Positions 25,182 through 39,603 of a stretch of DNA of 64,000 nt are shown in pieces (positions within the stretch are counted from its first letter, which is position 1; each line of letters begins with the position of its first letter). This DNA comes from Octopus sinensis (taxonomy: Eukaryota), in the NCBI RefSeq assembly GCF_006345805.1, contig NC_043004.1:99386001-99450000 (forward strand), in the 5' to 3' direction. A program made the position numbers and the translations under genes. Below the pieces are notes generated by a model. It ran no database searches, was not told where the DNA came from, and worked only from the letters and a program-made list of their open reading frames with translations.

Positions 25182-25550
25182 AAGTGGCTGTGTGGTAAGA
25201 AGCTTGCTTCACAACCACATGGTGCCGGGTTCAGTCCCACTGCGTGGCACCTTGCGCAAATGCCTTCTACTATAGCCTCGAGCCGACCAAAGCTTTGTGA
25301 GTGAATTTGGTCGGCGGAAACTGAAAGAAACTTATCGTGTGTATATATATATATATCCATGTCATTGAGTCTGTATTTGCTCCCACCGCCACCGCTTCGC
25401 AATTGGTGATGGTGTGTTTTCGTCCCCGTAACGTAGTGGTTCGGCAAAATTGAGTGATAGAATAAGCACCAGGCTTGAAAAAAAGAGAAAAGTGCTGGGG
25501 TCGATTCGCTCAAGGTGATGCCCCAGCATGGCCGCAGTCTAGGAGCTGGA
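25182..25550 (+). mobile_element. SINE family A, older subfamily
   Basis: GTGGCTGTGTGGTAAGAAGCTTGC...GGTGATGCCCCAGCATGGCCGCAGTC. Confidence 0.85.
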
Positions 25551-26550
25551 ACTCAGTCGGCGTTGACCTATCAGAAATGTTAGACCCAACCTAACCCAAA
25601 TATTGTGTACCTAGGACTGTAATTTACAACATTACCCTCTCTGCTAAAGATAGTAGGGTATGATGTATTTAATATCCTTATGCAATAAGATGGAGAACAC
25701 GCAGAATCGTTACCACGCCGAGCAAAAATGCTTAGTGGCATTTCGTCCGTCTTTACGGTCTCCGATTAAAATCTGCCTTCGTCGACGACCTTAACTTTAT
25801 CATTTCGGCGTCCATGGATTAAGTACCAGTTGAGTACGGGATCGATGTAATCGACTAGCCCCTTCCAACGAACTTGTGTCAAAATTTGAAATCAATATTA
25901 GCTTGCTATTTCTAGCAGGTTGAGGAAGGATGTTGCAGCATCTTCAACAACCTGCGATAACGTTATGTCTAATGCTATGGTTGCCGCTACTGTTTTATTA
26001 TCGAAAGTGTTATGAACGTTGCTGATTTAAATTTGTAACAATGCATTGGTAATATATATGTTTTATTTACTGCTGTTGCATTACTAATCGTTATTGTTTT
26101 TGATGTAATTTAGCTCAAGGTGAGTCTTGACAACCAATAGACATGAAAAATATATCCCAGCTGTCAGCACACACGTTTTAGACTTACGTATTGCCACAGT
26201 GTCTGTGTTCATTCAGAGTTAAGACAATGTAGTGTGATTTGAGAGAGATTTTTAGGCTATTAATGTAGTTGGTTGAACCACCATCCTGAAACTTCCTCAT
26301 TGCCTCATGTTACCAATTATAGCAATTGTTACTCTTTATTTATTTATTTTTATTATCCCAATTTGTTATTATTATAAGAGCGGTGTCCAAGTAGTGAGCG
26401 GGCAGAGCCATAGCAAAATCATTAGACCGTGAGAAAAATACTTCGCAGTATTTTTCCTGATTCATTTCATTCTGAGTTCATATGCTACAGCGTCCAACTT
26501 TATCCTTTTAGAGTCATAAAATACGGTACCATTGAAGTACTGGAGTCGAT

Positions 26551-27069
26551 GGTATCTATTAAAAACGTAAGACGGCGAGCTGGCAGAAACGTTAGCACGC
26601 CGGGCAAAATGCGTAACCGTATTTCGTCTGCCGTTACGTTCTGAGTTCGAATTCCGCAGAGGTCGACTTTGCCTTTCATCCTTTCGGGGTCGATAAATTA
26701 AGTACCAGTTACGCACTGGGGTCGATGTAATCGACTTAATACCTATGTCTGTTCTTGTTTGTCTCCTCTGTGTTTAGCCCCTTGTGGGTAATAAAGAAAT
26801 AGGTATCTATTAAAAACGTAAGGCGGCGAGCTGACAAAACGTTAGCACACCGGGCGAAATGCGCAACCGTATTTCGTCTGCCGTTACGTTCTGAGTTCGA
26901 ATTCCGCAGAGGTTGACTTTGCCGTTCATCCTTTCGGGGTCGATAAATTAAGTACCAGTTACGCACTGGGGTCGATGTAATCGACTTAATCCGTTTATCT
27001 GTTCTTGTTTGTCCTCTCTGTGTTTAGCCTCTTGTGGGTAGTAAAGAAATAGGTATCTACTAAAAACGT
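26551..27069 (+). mobile_element. tandem dimer of SINE family B
   Basis: Two ~250-bp units, bounded by three copies of GGTATCTA(T/C)TAAAAACGT. Central CCTTTCATCCTTTCGGGGTCGATAAATTAAGTACCAG resembles the MetaSINE central domain. Confidence 0.9.
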
Positions 27070-27697
27070 TCTTATCTATTGTTGACTTTCTGCCTACATT
27101 TGTAACCTAATCAAGAATTTAGAGCGTTACTCAAGACTAGCAGTATTTGTTTCGGTTGCTGCCTCCTGTGTTCAAATTCGGTTTAGACCTCTTCTTTAGG
27201 TCTAAATTTTTATCGCCCCGTGATTAATAAAATAACATGCTAGATCTTTCTATGCCTCGTTTTCATAATCGGCTGCTCTTTGCTGTGAGAACGACATGAG
27301 AATAATTTCTTTGCAGTTCTTCTTAACACCGATGTCAGGCTGGAGGTAATGGGCTCAATAATATAAATGTACGACACAGATAGGTTTGAACTCAGAACAA
27401 TGATGGACAGAAATTAAAGAACATGTAAGGAATTCTAAGTCTGTTATACTAGAGTATGTGTTATGTCACTCCACCACCTCATTGCAAAACACTCTCTCTC
27501 ACACATACACGATAAAAGACAGTGTCTGTTGTCAGGAGTCGTCTAACTCAGTAGTACAGAGCATTCCCCTGGTGTTTGAGAGGTAGAGGTTCGATCATCT
27601 GTAGCGGCTTGCTGCTCACGTTTTTCCGTGTATAAATATATTTCATTCGACCTCCTAAGTTGTTTTCACAGCCGTTCTACTGCATTGTGGATTTCCT

Positions 27698-29565
27698 TCA
27701 CGTCTAGTATATGTGTGTGTGTCGGGCGAGGTGTGTGTGACAGCGCTAAATACCGATAGAGAGATGGAAGTCATACTGAACAGCCCACAACGTGTGCCTG
27801 CTTCTGCCGGACATAAGGAAATGTTGCTAATTGCTGTTAGAAATGGAAAGAGATGAAGAATATGACGGTAATTAAGAGTGCGTAACTAAACGTCTTCGAG
27901 GGAGATGGTTGCTGCTGTGCGTGGATGGTGAGAATCATAATGCAGTATTAAAAAGCCTTATAAGATGAAAGTCGCAAGTAAATCCCATTCTAAATTGTTA
28001 GTTTATTTCAGTTGCATACACATTACCCTTGAGAAAATCACAAAATCCAAGTTACACTCTTTTCAAACATGTACCAACTCAATTGGATGTAAGTTTATTT
28101 CGAAGATTAAATTCATGAGATAATCTAACCATATAGTACCATGTATTATTTTGATGTATGTCACGTAATCAAATTCTAAATTAATATTTAGAAATAACTC
28201 ATCGAGCTACTGATAATCACCACACTAAATGGTGGGGCACGTTTGGTTTGCGGTTTTCAAATTACTGCTAACGAGGGAGAGATTTTCAGTTCAATACCGT
28301 TTAATCAATCTAAATACAATCTAGTTAAAGTTGTGAAAGCAGATTTCGTGAATAAAACATTAAAAATAACCTAACAGTAGAAATAACTATGCTATGCCAA
28401 GCAAATATTAATCAATGACAAATATTTTAATTTTCCTTCTTCTGATTTGTACGGGAGTCAACTCCGGATTTTTAAAGCATTAGTTCATCACAGTAGAAGT
28501 GCAATCTGGTTGTAATTTGCTGGCTGCAATGTTAGGGGAGGTATAGCGAGGTAATTATTCTGACAAGCTAGTGTAGTTAAACACAAATTGCTTAAAAACG
28601 ATAATTGTTTAAAAATTACTTAATGCTGAGACATCGATCAGATTAATAATAATAGGTATTTTAATCTACTTTAGCAGTTTTAATAGTCCATCCATTTAGT
28701 AAGCTTTTACCTACTTATCTATGATTTATCAGTGGATGGTGAGTGAGAAATATTTAATTTTTAAACCACTAAGTCAGTATTATAGAGCTGTCAATATATT
28801 CTTGCGTGAATTATTTACTCGACAATGAAACCTAGTTGACGAGTAATATCTTTTGTCTAGCATATGATGCCTACATATGGGAGAGTTTAACTAGAAACAG
28901 ACAGTTTATTGCATACATACTATCACATGGCGATAATATTGAAACTTATTAATACAATGTGCTTGGTTGTTCCTTCCTGAGGTTTAATATTAACGTGATT
29001 ATCTATTTTCTCCAGGCTCTCAGGTCTGTTTATACTCATGACTCAAAAACATTTGTTCACTCTTTTCGTTGCTTGGAATGTAAGATTCTGTCCGAGTATA
29101 AACAGTTTTGAATGGTTCAAATAGGCTGTGTAAGTCTGAGAGCATTAGATGTTTTGGTTTGAAGAGAGAGCGTTTCGCCGGTGACGAGATGCGAAATATC
29201 AATCCTATGCTAAATAAGGTTGCACTCTATCGACTCCACCAGAATGAAACATGGACAAAAAGCCAGGTATTTTTTAACCCGAGTTCAAGAACTGATCTTA
29301 AATGCAAGCTATAGTTATAGTTTGCTATAACTCTCTCAAGTTACATTTACCCTCTTTAGAAAGGAACCGCCACGATATCATATTCGACTGTGTCGAAACT
29401 GAGTCAAGCATCTAAACAAATTCATGTCTGGTATATGCGTGTGTGTTGGGTGAGGTGTGTGTGACAGTGTGACAGCTCTAAATACCGATAGAGAAATGGA
29501 AGTCATACTGAACAGCCCACAACGTGTGCCTGCTTCTGCCGGTCATAACGTGATGTTGCCAATTG
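27698..29565 (+). repeat. pair of ~140-bp direct repeats (27698-27834 and 29421-29565)
   Basis: Shared core CTAAATACCGATAGAGA.ATGGAAGTCATACTGAACAGCCCACAACGTGTGCCTGCTTCTGCCGG. Confidence 0.85.
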
Positions 29566-31031
29566 TAACGAAGAGTAAATTACTTAACGAACCTGCTTCA
29601 TATTAATTACTCATTAATATTTTTATTTTTACGACGTAAAACGTTATGGTAAACTTGATCTGAAACCCTGAAAACTCCTCCCACTCGCAATGGAATACAC
29701 TAGGATAATAAATTTAATATGTCCTCGGGTTAAATACTAGGCATTTAGTGTTTTTAACGGAGTGCATGAGGTAGTTTTATCTGTCACCCGATTTAACACT
29801 ACTACGAGTTGGTCATTGGATGCATCTTCCTCTCTTCTTCCAACCAACCTCGGAGATCCTGAAAGGCACATGGTCACTGCCTCTTTTCTCATTAAGCGAT
29901 GAAAAGGAAAGCTAAAACTCAAGTACGATGCAAAGACGGTAGATTTCAAGACATGAAGAAATAGAAGTTGTGACGCAGATACGTTTCTACAATGATATAG
30001 TAAGTATTATAATACCGATTGGCTACACGAAAATAATTAGGAATTTTGTAAGAAAGTGGACGGTCATAATGCTTTATCTTTCTCTCTCGTGTGTCTACAT
30101 CAGAATATGGTATGCAAGGCGAATATCTGTCGCCACCTAAGCAACATTAGAAATATTTTCTCTCTCTTTTAAGATTTACATCATAAATCTATTTACTTCA
30201 ATTTCAATTATTTGACTGCTCGTTTGGTTGTGAGAAGAAGCTTGCTTTTCACTTTCATGTCCACCTTTGCCATTACTGAATTAGTTCACCGATGTTTTCA
30301 TGAACAAAGCTACCACTTACCACTGGCTGACACCGAGATTTCCGATATTCGTTAGTTTTAATGTTATTGGAACGACAATAATAAGAATTAAATGAATGGT
30401 TTTCAAGAATTCTTGCAGCAGTTTACTTGAAGTATTACAATTCTTTTGAAATGCTAAGAACTTGTTAGTAAAATAAAATTCGAGTGTCCTTAATTTTGAG
30501 GTTTTCGGAGACAGCACTGCATAACCCACGTTTGTACAATTATTTCATGAACTTCTCAACGAAACCTTTAAAGCTTCTTACAAATGACAAATGATAATGT
30601 TGAGATATCGTAATGACATTTAATAGTGCTGAACGCAGTGAGTTTCGCTTTCGCTTATTTAAGCGGTATGTTGTTATCAACGGCAATATACCTACCAGAT
30701 TATTGCTATTTCCAGTATATTGCAGTGGCAATAATAGTAGAATTATGGAGTCATTATGCTGTGGAGTTTGTTTTCTAATTTCAATTAGGTCTGAGGACAA
30801 CTTTGGTTTTTATCATTGCTAGGTTGATATAATGAGAACCAGTAAAATATGGAGGAAATTCAATCAAGTGAGTCGCTAACTCATGACGGCAATATTTCAT
30901 ATATAAGCCGTTTGTCAATGTTAGCAATCATTATCATCATCAAAATCATCATCATCATCATCGGTAGTAGTAGTAGTATTAGTAGTAGTAGTAGTCGTAG
31001 TAGTAGTAGCAGCAGTAGTAGTAGTAGTATT

Positions 31032-31233
31032 AAGGCGGCGAATTGGCAAAACCGTCAGCACGCCTGGTAAAATGCTTAACAACATTTCGTCTGCCTTCGT
31101 GTTCTGAGTTCAAATTCCACCGAGGTTGACGTTGCTTTTCATCATTTCTGGGTCGATAAAATAAGTGCAAGTGAAACAAGGGTCAATGTAATTTATTTGC
31201 CCCTTTGTCCAAAATTGTTAGCCTTGTACCAAA

Positions 31234-31235
<2 letters not shown>
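31032..31235 (+). mobile_element. SINE family B
   Basis: AAGGCGGCGAATTGGCA...GGGTCGATAAAATAAGT; ends in (TAT)n. Confidence 0.8.
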
Positions 31236-31277
<42 letters not shown>

Positions 31278-31368
31278 CCTTATTATTATTGTTGTTGTTG
31301 TTGTTGTTGTTGTTATTGTCATTTTATTATTATTATTGTCGTTGTTATTATTATTATTGTCATTGTTG

Positions 31369-31410
<42 letters not shown>

Positions 31411-31489
31411 GCATCTTTTGTCAATTCTGTTTCCATTTCTTGCCGAGTGTCTTCCTGATACCTAGGGCAGAGAAACGTATTGTATACAT

Positions 31490-33537
31490 TGATTTTATAA
31501 TGCCGACACAGTATCCAATGTAGAAATGGGCTAACTCCGTCATGTATCGATTTGCACTCTACAGGTGCGAAAACCTTACATCCAGACATTAGGTGGACGA
31601 CTGTTTCTATCCCATCGTTGCAGTTTGGGCACTTTGAGTTTACATCCTTTTTCATCACATTGGTTTTATAGTTCCGAGTCAATGAACTTTGATTTTGGGC
31701 AGCCAAGATAAAGTCTTCACTCTCTGCTTTTGGTCCCGAGCGCCGTAGCCACTGACGGGTGTGCTTCTGCTCTACATCAGCTTGTTTGCAACCGCCGAAG
31801 TGTTGATAGCTTCAGTCTTATTTCGTCCGTTTAATTTCGACTTAGGGATTAGTCTCAGTCTGCGCCAGTACTCCAACGTAAGTTTTCTGTCATTTGTTTC
31901 TCCATCAATTTATCCATTTCCAAAATCCCCAAGTACTTATATCCCGTCTCTTCTATCTGCTTCATAACCTCCCCCGACAGTATCCTTAGCCCGTCCATAC
32001 ATTTGATTTTGCCTCTCTTCAAGATTAACACACCACACTTTCTCAGCCCGAACTCCATTTTGATACATCGTATCAACGAGGGAACTGACTTAGGTTTCAT
32101 CTTTACCATAAAGTTTGAGGTCATCCATGATTAACAAATGGTTGACTTTCTGTTAGCAGCTTTTGAATACATACCCAGCTGTTGCTTTCCTCAGAATCAG
32201 TGTTAGTGGGATCAAACACAGTACAAAGATGAGTGGGGCCAGGCAGACCCCGTAGAAGATGCGAGTATTCTAGTCAATAATTTCGACATAAGTGGCAAAC
32301 AGGATAACGTATTGCCTTTTTCGATGCTTTTCAGTCACAGCACTGTCCTACGCAATGTCAACCACTCTGGTGTTACTTGGTCGATATTTAAAAAGGTGTT
32401 GAGATGTACAGCTATTCGTGCATGACATTCACCGAATCTTTTGGTCCAGTAGCCTTAAACTCCATCTGGTTCCGGGGCTTTCCAGTTGTTCGTTTTTCTT
32501 TTGTTTTGTTTTTTTTTTGCTCATTTCCTTCACTTCCCTAAATGAAATGACTAGTTCTGCCTGTTTTGGACAGACTACTGTTTGTTTCAGTTCTTGAGAT
32601 CATTCAGCATCCTTCTTGTGCTCCTTGTATTTGCACCAGATATCACTCCAAAACCTTTGACATACATTGTTATCTGGTATCAACTTTTCATCTGTACACA
32701 CGCCATTTATTTCTTTATAGAATCTCTTCTGATCTACTCAGGATAAACTATTCTTTGCAACTGGGCGCTGTTTCAGTTCCTCCATTACTACTTTGACGCC
32801 CTTTCTTTCAATGTTATACTTCCTTTTCAGCGCCCTGTATTTTTATTCGCTTTTAAGCTCCCCTTTCTCTTTTCGGTCTAACACAAAAATATCCTTCGAG
32901 AGCATATCTAACCTTGCCTGTATTCTTTTTTTCCACTATGTATCTTTTCTTTTGTCGCTCCCATTATATTTCTTTTTCTTGACATCAACTCCCACGTTTT
33001 TTTTTCTACAACAATACCTGCCGCCTTGATCAAATTATTTGTTTCTGTGATGATGTTTGTTCTGATGTATTACAGAATTTCATTGACATTTTTCGTTTCT
33101 CGGTTCAATTTCCACTGATCAACCTCTTTAAGGTTTCAAATAATGTCGCTATCGATCTCCTGTAGTCTTGCCATTATTCTGTCGCATATTGCCTTTTGTT
33201 CATCTGTCATGTCGCCATTAATTTTATTGTCTTCTTTTAGATCATCTATATGTCTCTCATCAAGTAAACTACTACTGCTCCTTTCCTGTGCTATGAGATT
33301 ACTTTTATTAGTAAGAACTGTATTTTCATCGTTATCTCTGCTGCTATTTTCTAATACCCGTCTTTTGATAACTTCGAGCTCTACTTCTGGGAACCAAAGA
33401 TTTTTTTTCTTATTGCTCTAGCGTGATCACATAGTCTCTGTTCCGTGAGTTGAAACAATCCCTTTTCTCTCCAATGATAATACATACGTTGTTGGTAACG
33501 CCTAATTTGGGCACCATTTTCATCTGCAGGGTTGCTC
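31490..33537 (-). mobile_element. R4/Dong-like non-LTR retrotransposon, decayed ORF
   Basis: Minus-strand fragments: NWKAPEPDG, LAPLIFVLCLIPLTLILRK, VNHLL.MDDLKLYGK (RT catalytic motif), MEFGLRKC..GYKYLGI, AAQNQ..KCPNC..ETVVHLMSGC (CCHC knuckle). Multiple stops and deletions; (TAA)n on both sides. Confidence 0.85.
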
Positions 33538-33568
<31 letters not shown>

Positions 33569-34170
33569 TCAAGCCCCAAGTCTAAGTGTATCAAAACTGT
33601 TTGTAGTCCATGCACTGTAGCAACTCCTATACTAATTACTAACTATATCAGTACCACGAGCTGAAAGTAAATGAAGAAACTGGCGTAAAGTATGATCGGG
33701 ATTTTGCCATAGATTTCGGTGGCACATAACAATTCCATTTGTCAATGGAAAAAAGGAAATGACTTTTTCTTCAATGAAAAACGGCTGATTGAACATTCAG
33801 AAGGATGGTGGATGAATGCAGTTGACTGCGAAGTCATTGCCAAAAAACAACAAAGCAAGATGAAGAATTACCATTACGCATTGAGTAAAGCAATCACAAT
33901 TATTTTCGAAGAAGTATTAGAGTAAGTACCTCAACGACACTTTTATAGTATTAGTATAACTGCACAATATGAGCATGTTACTAGCAAGCCTGACAGTACG
34001 TCAACAGCAGCAGTGGAGCATCAGTTTTAATATATCTGGAAAAGTAAATTAAGTTTTCCTAGAATGGCGAATATTCAGTTGAATAGAACGCAATATGTTA
34101 TAAGTCTATAAATTACTAGTAGACATATTTCAATACTTAACAGATAGAAATAATTTCGTTAGTTGCACAT

Positions 34171-34241
<71 letters not shown>

Positions 34242-34548
34242 GAAGGCGCATGGCTCAGTGGCTAAAGCGTCGAGCTTACGATCCCGAGATTGTGAGCTCC
34301 AGGAACGGGCTGCGGGTTGTGTTCTTGAGCAAGACACTTTAGTTAACGTTGCTACAGTTCACTCAACTGTAGAAATGAGTTGCGACGTCACAGGTGCCAA
34401 GCTGTATCGACCGTTGCCTTTCCCTTGGATAACACTGGTGGCGTGGAGAGGGGAGGACGGTATGCATGGGTGACTGCTGGACTTGTGCTTGGGAAGGTAA
34501 CTTTCTAGGTGCAATCCCATGGTCTGTGTCGTGACCGAAAGGGGGTCT
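34242..34548 (+). mobile_element. SINE family C (tRNA-derived, CORE-like centre)
   Basis: A-box TGGCTCAGTGG, centre TTGTGTTCTTGAGCAAGACACTT...CTCA.CTGTAGAAATGAG; second copy at 40688-41015. Confidence 0.85.
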
Positions 34549-35031
34549 CAGTATATATGTATATATATATGTATTTCTTTACTGCCCACAAGGGGATAAA
34601 CATAGAGTGGACAAACAAGAACAGACAAAGGGATTAAGTCGATTACATTGACCCCGGAGAGAGAGAGAGAGAGAGAAAGAAAAAGTGAGGAAGAGAAAGA
34701 CAGACAGATTGATAGATAGATAACATAGATAAGATAGATAGATAGATAGAGATTGGTAGATAGATGTGTGTTTGTGTGTGTACAGCATGTATTTTATTTA
34801 CAGCGCCGTCGTGACTTAAACTGCATATTTAAAGCACATCTCATCTAAAAGCTAGTGCAGTGCATGAAATACGTAGAAAATAGAGAAAAATGCTGACTTT
34901 CATTGTTTTACATTTAAATCCATTTAATGTTTCTAAAATATTCAGGCTTTCTTCTCTGTAACATCGGTACCTTAATCTATACATATTAGAGTTGATATTT
35001 GTTAGTCTGAAAATAACGTCACCGTTTTCCA

Positions 35032-35194
35032 AGTAGGAATGGCTGTGTGGTAAGTAGATTGCTTACGAACCACATGGTTCTGGGTTCAGTCCGACTGCGT
35101 GGCACCTTGGGCAAGTGTCTTCTACTATAGCCTCGGGCCGACCAAAGCCTTGTGAGTGGATTTGGTAGACGGAAACTGAAAGTAGCCTGTCGTA

Positions 35195-35247
<53 letters not shown>

Positions 35248-35470
35248 ATGTGTGTGTGTTTGTGTGTCTATGTTTGTCCCCCTAGCATTGCTTGACAACC
35301 GATGCTGGTGTGTTTACGTCCCCGTAACTTAGCGGTTCGGCAAAAGGGACCGATAGAATAAGTACTAGGCTTACAAAGAATAAGTCCTGTAGTCGATTTG
35401 CTCGACTAAAGGCGGTGCTCCAGCATGACCACAGTCGAATGACTGAAACAAGTAAAAGAGTAAACGAGTA
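35032..35470 (+). mobile_element. SINE family A, full-length
   Basis: Complete head, body, microsatellite and tail. Confidence 0.92.
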
Positions 35471-37969
35471 CTGTATCGCTCAAGAAAATCCAGATGTAAC
35501 CCAATTAATGCATGAACTGAAAAATGTTGTGTCTCCGAAATTCTAGCAAAATGAATGGCTAACAAGATCACCCACGCAAATACGTAACTTGGATTTACAC
35601 TCGTCTATCTGATACTTTGATCAATTGTCTTCTATCATAGATGCAATTCAAACAAAATATGTGAAATAAAATATGATGAAATGATTCTCTTTTGGCGTGA
35701 AAAAATTCATCTGTCGCTTTGTTTAACACCACCATCTGACTTTTTGACGCCACTGCTTTAACACTTTGCCAACACTAGTATGAAAGGAAATATGATGAAT
35801 ATGAAGGCTTGATCCGCAAAGTTTTCAACATTCTGCCAAGATCAATTTTTTGAGTATAGCTTGCTCCCATCGTCCCAATGAAAAAAATCTCTGAGATGTG
35901 TCCCTGATATTGTTTTCTGGACTGTCATAGCCTTTATAACGTATTTTATGTGATAGGCATTTTGTTCGCTTAGTATGCTGAGTTCAGTTACTTATATAAG
36001 ATGCTTTCAGAGTTTTCTTGTCTCGTCAGAATAATTTAATAAGTCATGGGATTCGCAATAATCATATTTAATAAAACACATGAGTGTGGCTTGCACTATT
36101 CCTGCTGAGTCGTTGGAATATTGTTCGATCACAGACGTCCATCAAATTTTATAGAGGCAGAATTAAGCTCATTCTGAGCAACTAGAATACCGTAAAACTA
36201 ATGAACGAATTATTAGCTTGTAATGATGTCCTGATATCCTCTCATGGGCTGCTGATGGATAGATTGATACCAACTGTAGTAGCACTATTCAAAGACAGGC
36301 TGAAAAGAAAGTGATTGTTACAATATTTAATATCAGCGTGTTATAGGGGCAATTAATCAATCTCAAAACATCAAAACATTTAATATCCTGTAAGTTTAAT
36401 AATCTAGAGGATTTTATATTGCCAACCACTATCATCGCCAACTATCACTAGTATCACCTCCTGAACCATCATCAATCACATATCACTGCTACTATCATCC
36501 TAATCTAATAATACCTTAACAGTCAACAACACAATCAGCGAACCAATGGAAGACCCGCTACCAGGTCGCTAGTCCTGTTTGAAATACCTTCCAAATTACC
36601 CTCTAATATTATCTAGCCGTCTTAAATGAAGCAGGACACATTGATGAATACAGTTTCTGTTAATAAAAAAATAACGAAAACATGAGAGAAAAACAATAGA
36701 ATGCCTTTGAAAATACTATTTTTCCCCGATACATGTTGAACTGGTGTAAAACAAATCGGCTATCACCTCCTACATACCGCCACTGCTGCCATCTATATTT
36801 CATATCTCTAGGGATCACTACGTGGTCGTAGCACTTGCTAGAAATAGCAATAAAGCCCGTATAAATAATTTCACATTGTCTTCGAAAATTAAGCATTAGC
36901 AAATGTTTACATGGGTTCCCAGCATTTATGAAAAAACAAAAATTAGGAGAAATTGTCTCAGCTGGATTATAGGTCTACTCTAAAAGGGAAAAGCTGAGAT
37001 TAAACAAGAACAACAACAGCAATAGCACAATCAACCCTACCACCTTCAATAATACCTACGCCGGAGGAAAACTTGAAGCTTCCATATGATCACACAACCA
37101 CCTAGAAATAGCTAACAAAATTTCACTTCAACTGTATTACAATGATCCCCTAGATATACTGTGTCAAATTACCACCACCTTAACTATCACTACCACCTCC
37201 ACCATCATAGATTCTTCTACTACCATATTTTCTATCTCTGCTTCTATTAGTTTGGCACAGCAGCTTTTAATATAATGAAACGCAGGATCCAAGCAATAGA
37301 ATTAAGATAGCCGGTCATAGGTCAGTGGATTATTCGGGAACGTGTGATATGACCTCGCTTTGAACAAATCTAATTAAAGTGTTTCTTACATAATTAACTC
37401 CGACAAAGTGAGAAAATAGCGGCATATGTATAAAAATAAACATTTTTCTGTTGGCGTTGTAGCTTGTAGTGGAGATGGTGGTACCTGGCTTTGCTGGCAG
37501 TAGTGGCGGTGTAGTTTGTAGTAGCAGTGATTGTCTAGTTAGTCACAGTAATGGTAATGGCGTGTGCTCGCTTGGTATCTTGAAGTAGCGGTGGCAGTAA
37601 TATTGCCGGCGACGTTTGTGCTGGTAGCAATAATGATGATGGTGATAATGGTGTTTGTAACAGCGGTTTGATAACTGTAGCGGTTTCGATGTTGTTTAGA
37701 GTTGCTAAGATGATAGGTATTAGTATTGGTGGTGGTGAAAGAGTTTGTGATGACGGAAGTGGTGATGATGTTTTAAGTAATGGTGACAAATATCATTTGT
37801 AGCAGCTGTAGTGGTTGAGATAGTGATGAGCATTCGAGTATAAGTGGTCAACATGATGTTGGCAGCAGTGGTGGTTGCCATTTTTCTACCGAGGACAGAA
37901 TGGTATTTTTTGTATTGCCATTCTTTATGTTGTTACTGCTTTGCACCGCTACACTCTGCTATTGTGGTG

Positions 37970-38284
37970 AATTTTTTTTTAGTTTGTTCCTCCTCGAGCC
38001 ACGCCTGGCTCATTAGGGCCGGTTTCCCGGTTTCCTTGGCGTATAGGTTCCCCACCTGGACGAGACGCCAGCCCGTCGCAGGTGAGCTGCAAGATGCAGG
38101 AGGAAAGAGTGAGAGAAAGTTGTGGCGAAAGAGTCAGCAGAAGTTTCGCCATTACCTTCTGCCGGAGCCGCGTGGAGCTTAGGTGCTTCGATCATAAACA
38201 CACACATCGCAATATCTGAGATTCGAACACGCGATCCCTCGACCGCGAGTCCGCTGCTCTAACCACTAGGCCATGTGCCTCCAC
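37970..38284 (-). mobile_element. SINE family D (tRNA-Arg-like head) with 10-bp TSD
   Basis: Minus strand GTGGAGGCACATGGCCTAGTGGTTAGAGCAGCGGACTCGCGG...GTTCGAATC; A-rich tail; TSD TATTGTGGTG at 37960-37969 and 38285-38294. Confidence 0.88.
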
Positions 38285-39262
38285 TATTGTGGTGTATAGT
38301 ATTGCGTTATTGCTATTGCCCGAGTTGTTAGTTCGCATTTATAGCAATGCCAACGTCATTCTCTATTCTCCTTAACGTCTATCATGTGTTGCTACAGTTT
38401 CCACTGTTGTCGCTGGAGTCGGCTGTTGATTTTAGTGCAGTGTTCTCAATCATTTTAAAGGCTGGTGTTTTGTGTTATTCTTTTATTTCATCTCGCTCGT
38501 GATCTGAGGTCGCTACTGCTGAAATTATGATATAAACGTCCACAATATTAAAGTAAATGTTTAAAAAAACACCTTAATGAAAACAAGAAAAAATCCAATA
38601 GATATAAATTATTACAAACAAATGGCACACATACATACTGGAAAATGAAAATATGAATATAGCAAAACTAGATTAAATCATAACGAATATAAAGCCCAGA
38701 AGGATATTAATTTTGAACACAGGTACAAGTTTTAAGTGAATATTCGCTGCATGATATTGCTCCGACAACTTAGACTGCTATTTGTTTTATCACTCCCGGT
38801 GAATTGGAAATAAAGTTGACTTACGCGAGGTTTGAACTCGGAGTGTAAAGAACTAAGAAATCAAATAAATAAAGTAAGAAATTAGCTTTTGTATGGAGGT
38901 CTATCATTTATGCTAGTTGAAAAAGCTATTTTGGGTAAGCCTTTCAAAGTGTTGATAGAACTGCTGCCGTTAGGATTGAAAATAACGCTGATAAAGGTTG
39001 ATAGGAATTTCTGTTTCGTTTTACAACAATATGGCTTGTATTCATCATAATAATTTAATATGAAAGCAAGAATAAATGGTTCTTTGAAATATTAGCTTCC
39101 TTCACGTCGACAAGGGCGTGGGTAGAGCAACAGCAAAGAGCGGCGTAAAGTAATCAACAAAAAGATGATATAGTGATAATAAATATTTCGAACACCGACA
39201 CACATGTATGTATATCTTAATAAAAATGAATACACGATACAGATGTTTTATATATACATATG

Positions 39263-39294
<32 letters not shown>

Positions 39295-39378
39295 ATACAC
39301 ACACACACACATATATATATATATATTATATATATATATACACACACATACGTTTATATATATATACATACACATACA

Positions 39379-39457
<79 letters not shown>

Positions 39458-39547
39458 CACATACATTCATATATATATATATATATAAGGGAGGGAGAGA
39501 GTAGTACTCGCATTTTTTACTGTGAATTGGATTTCGTTTGAAGTTTG

Positions 39548-39603
<56 letters not shown>

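Noticed and set aside
26551-27069. CRISPR-like repeat-spacer pattern
   Set aside because: The spacers are two near-identical 230-bp SINE copies; eukaryotic context, no cas genes.
38205-38284. Functional tRNA genes (also at 34242, 40688, 27538)
   Set aside because: A/B boxes are present but acceptor stems are not, and most continue into SINE bodies.
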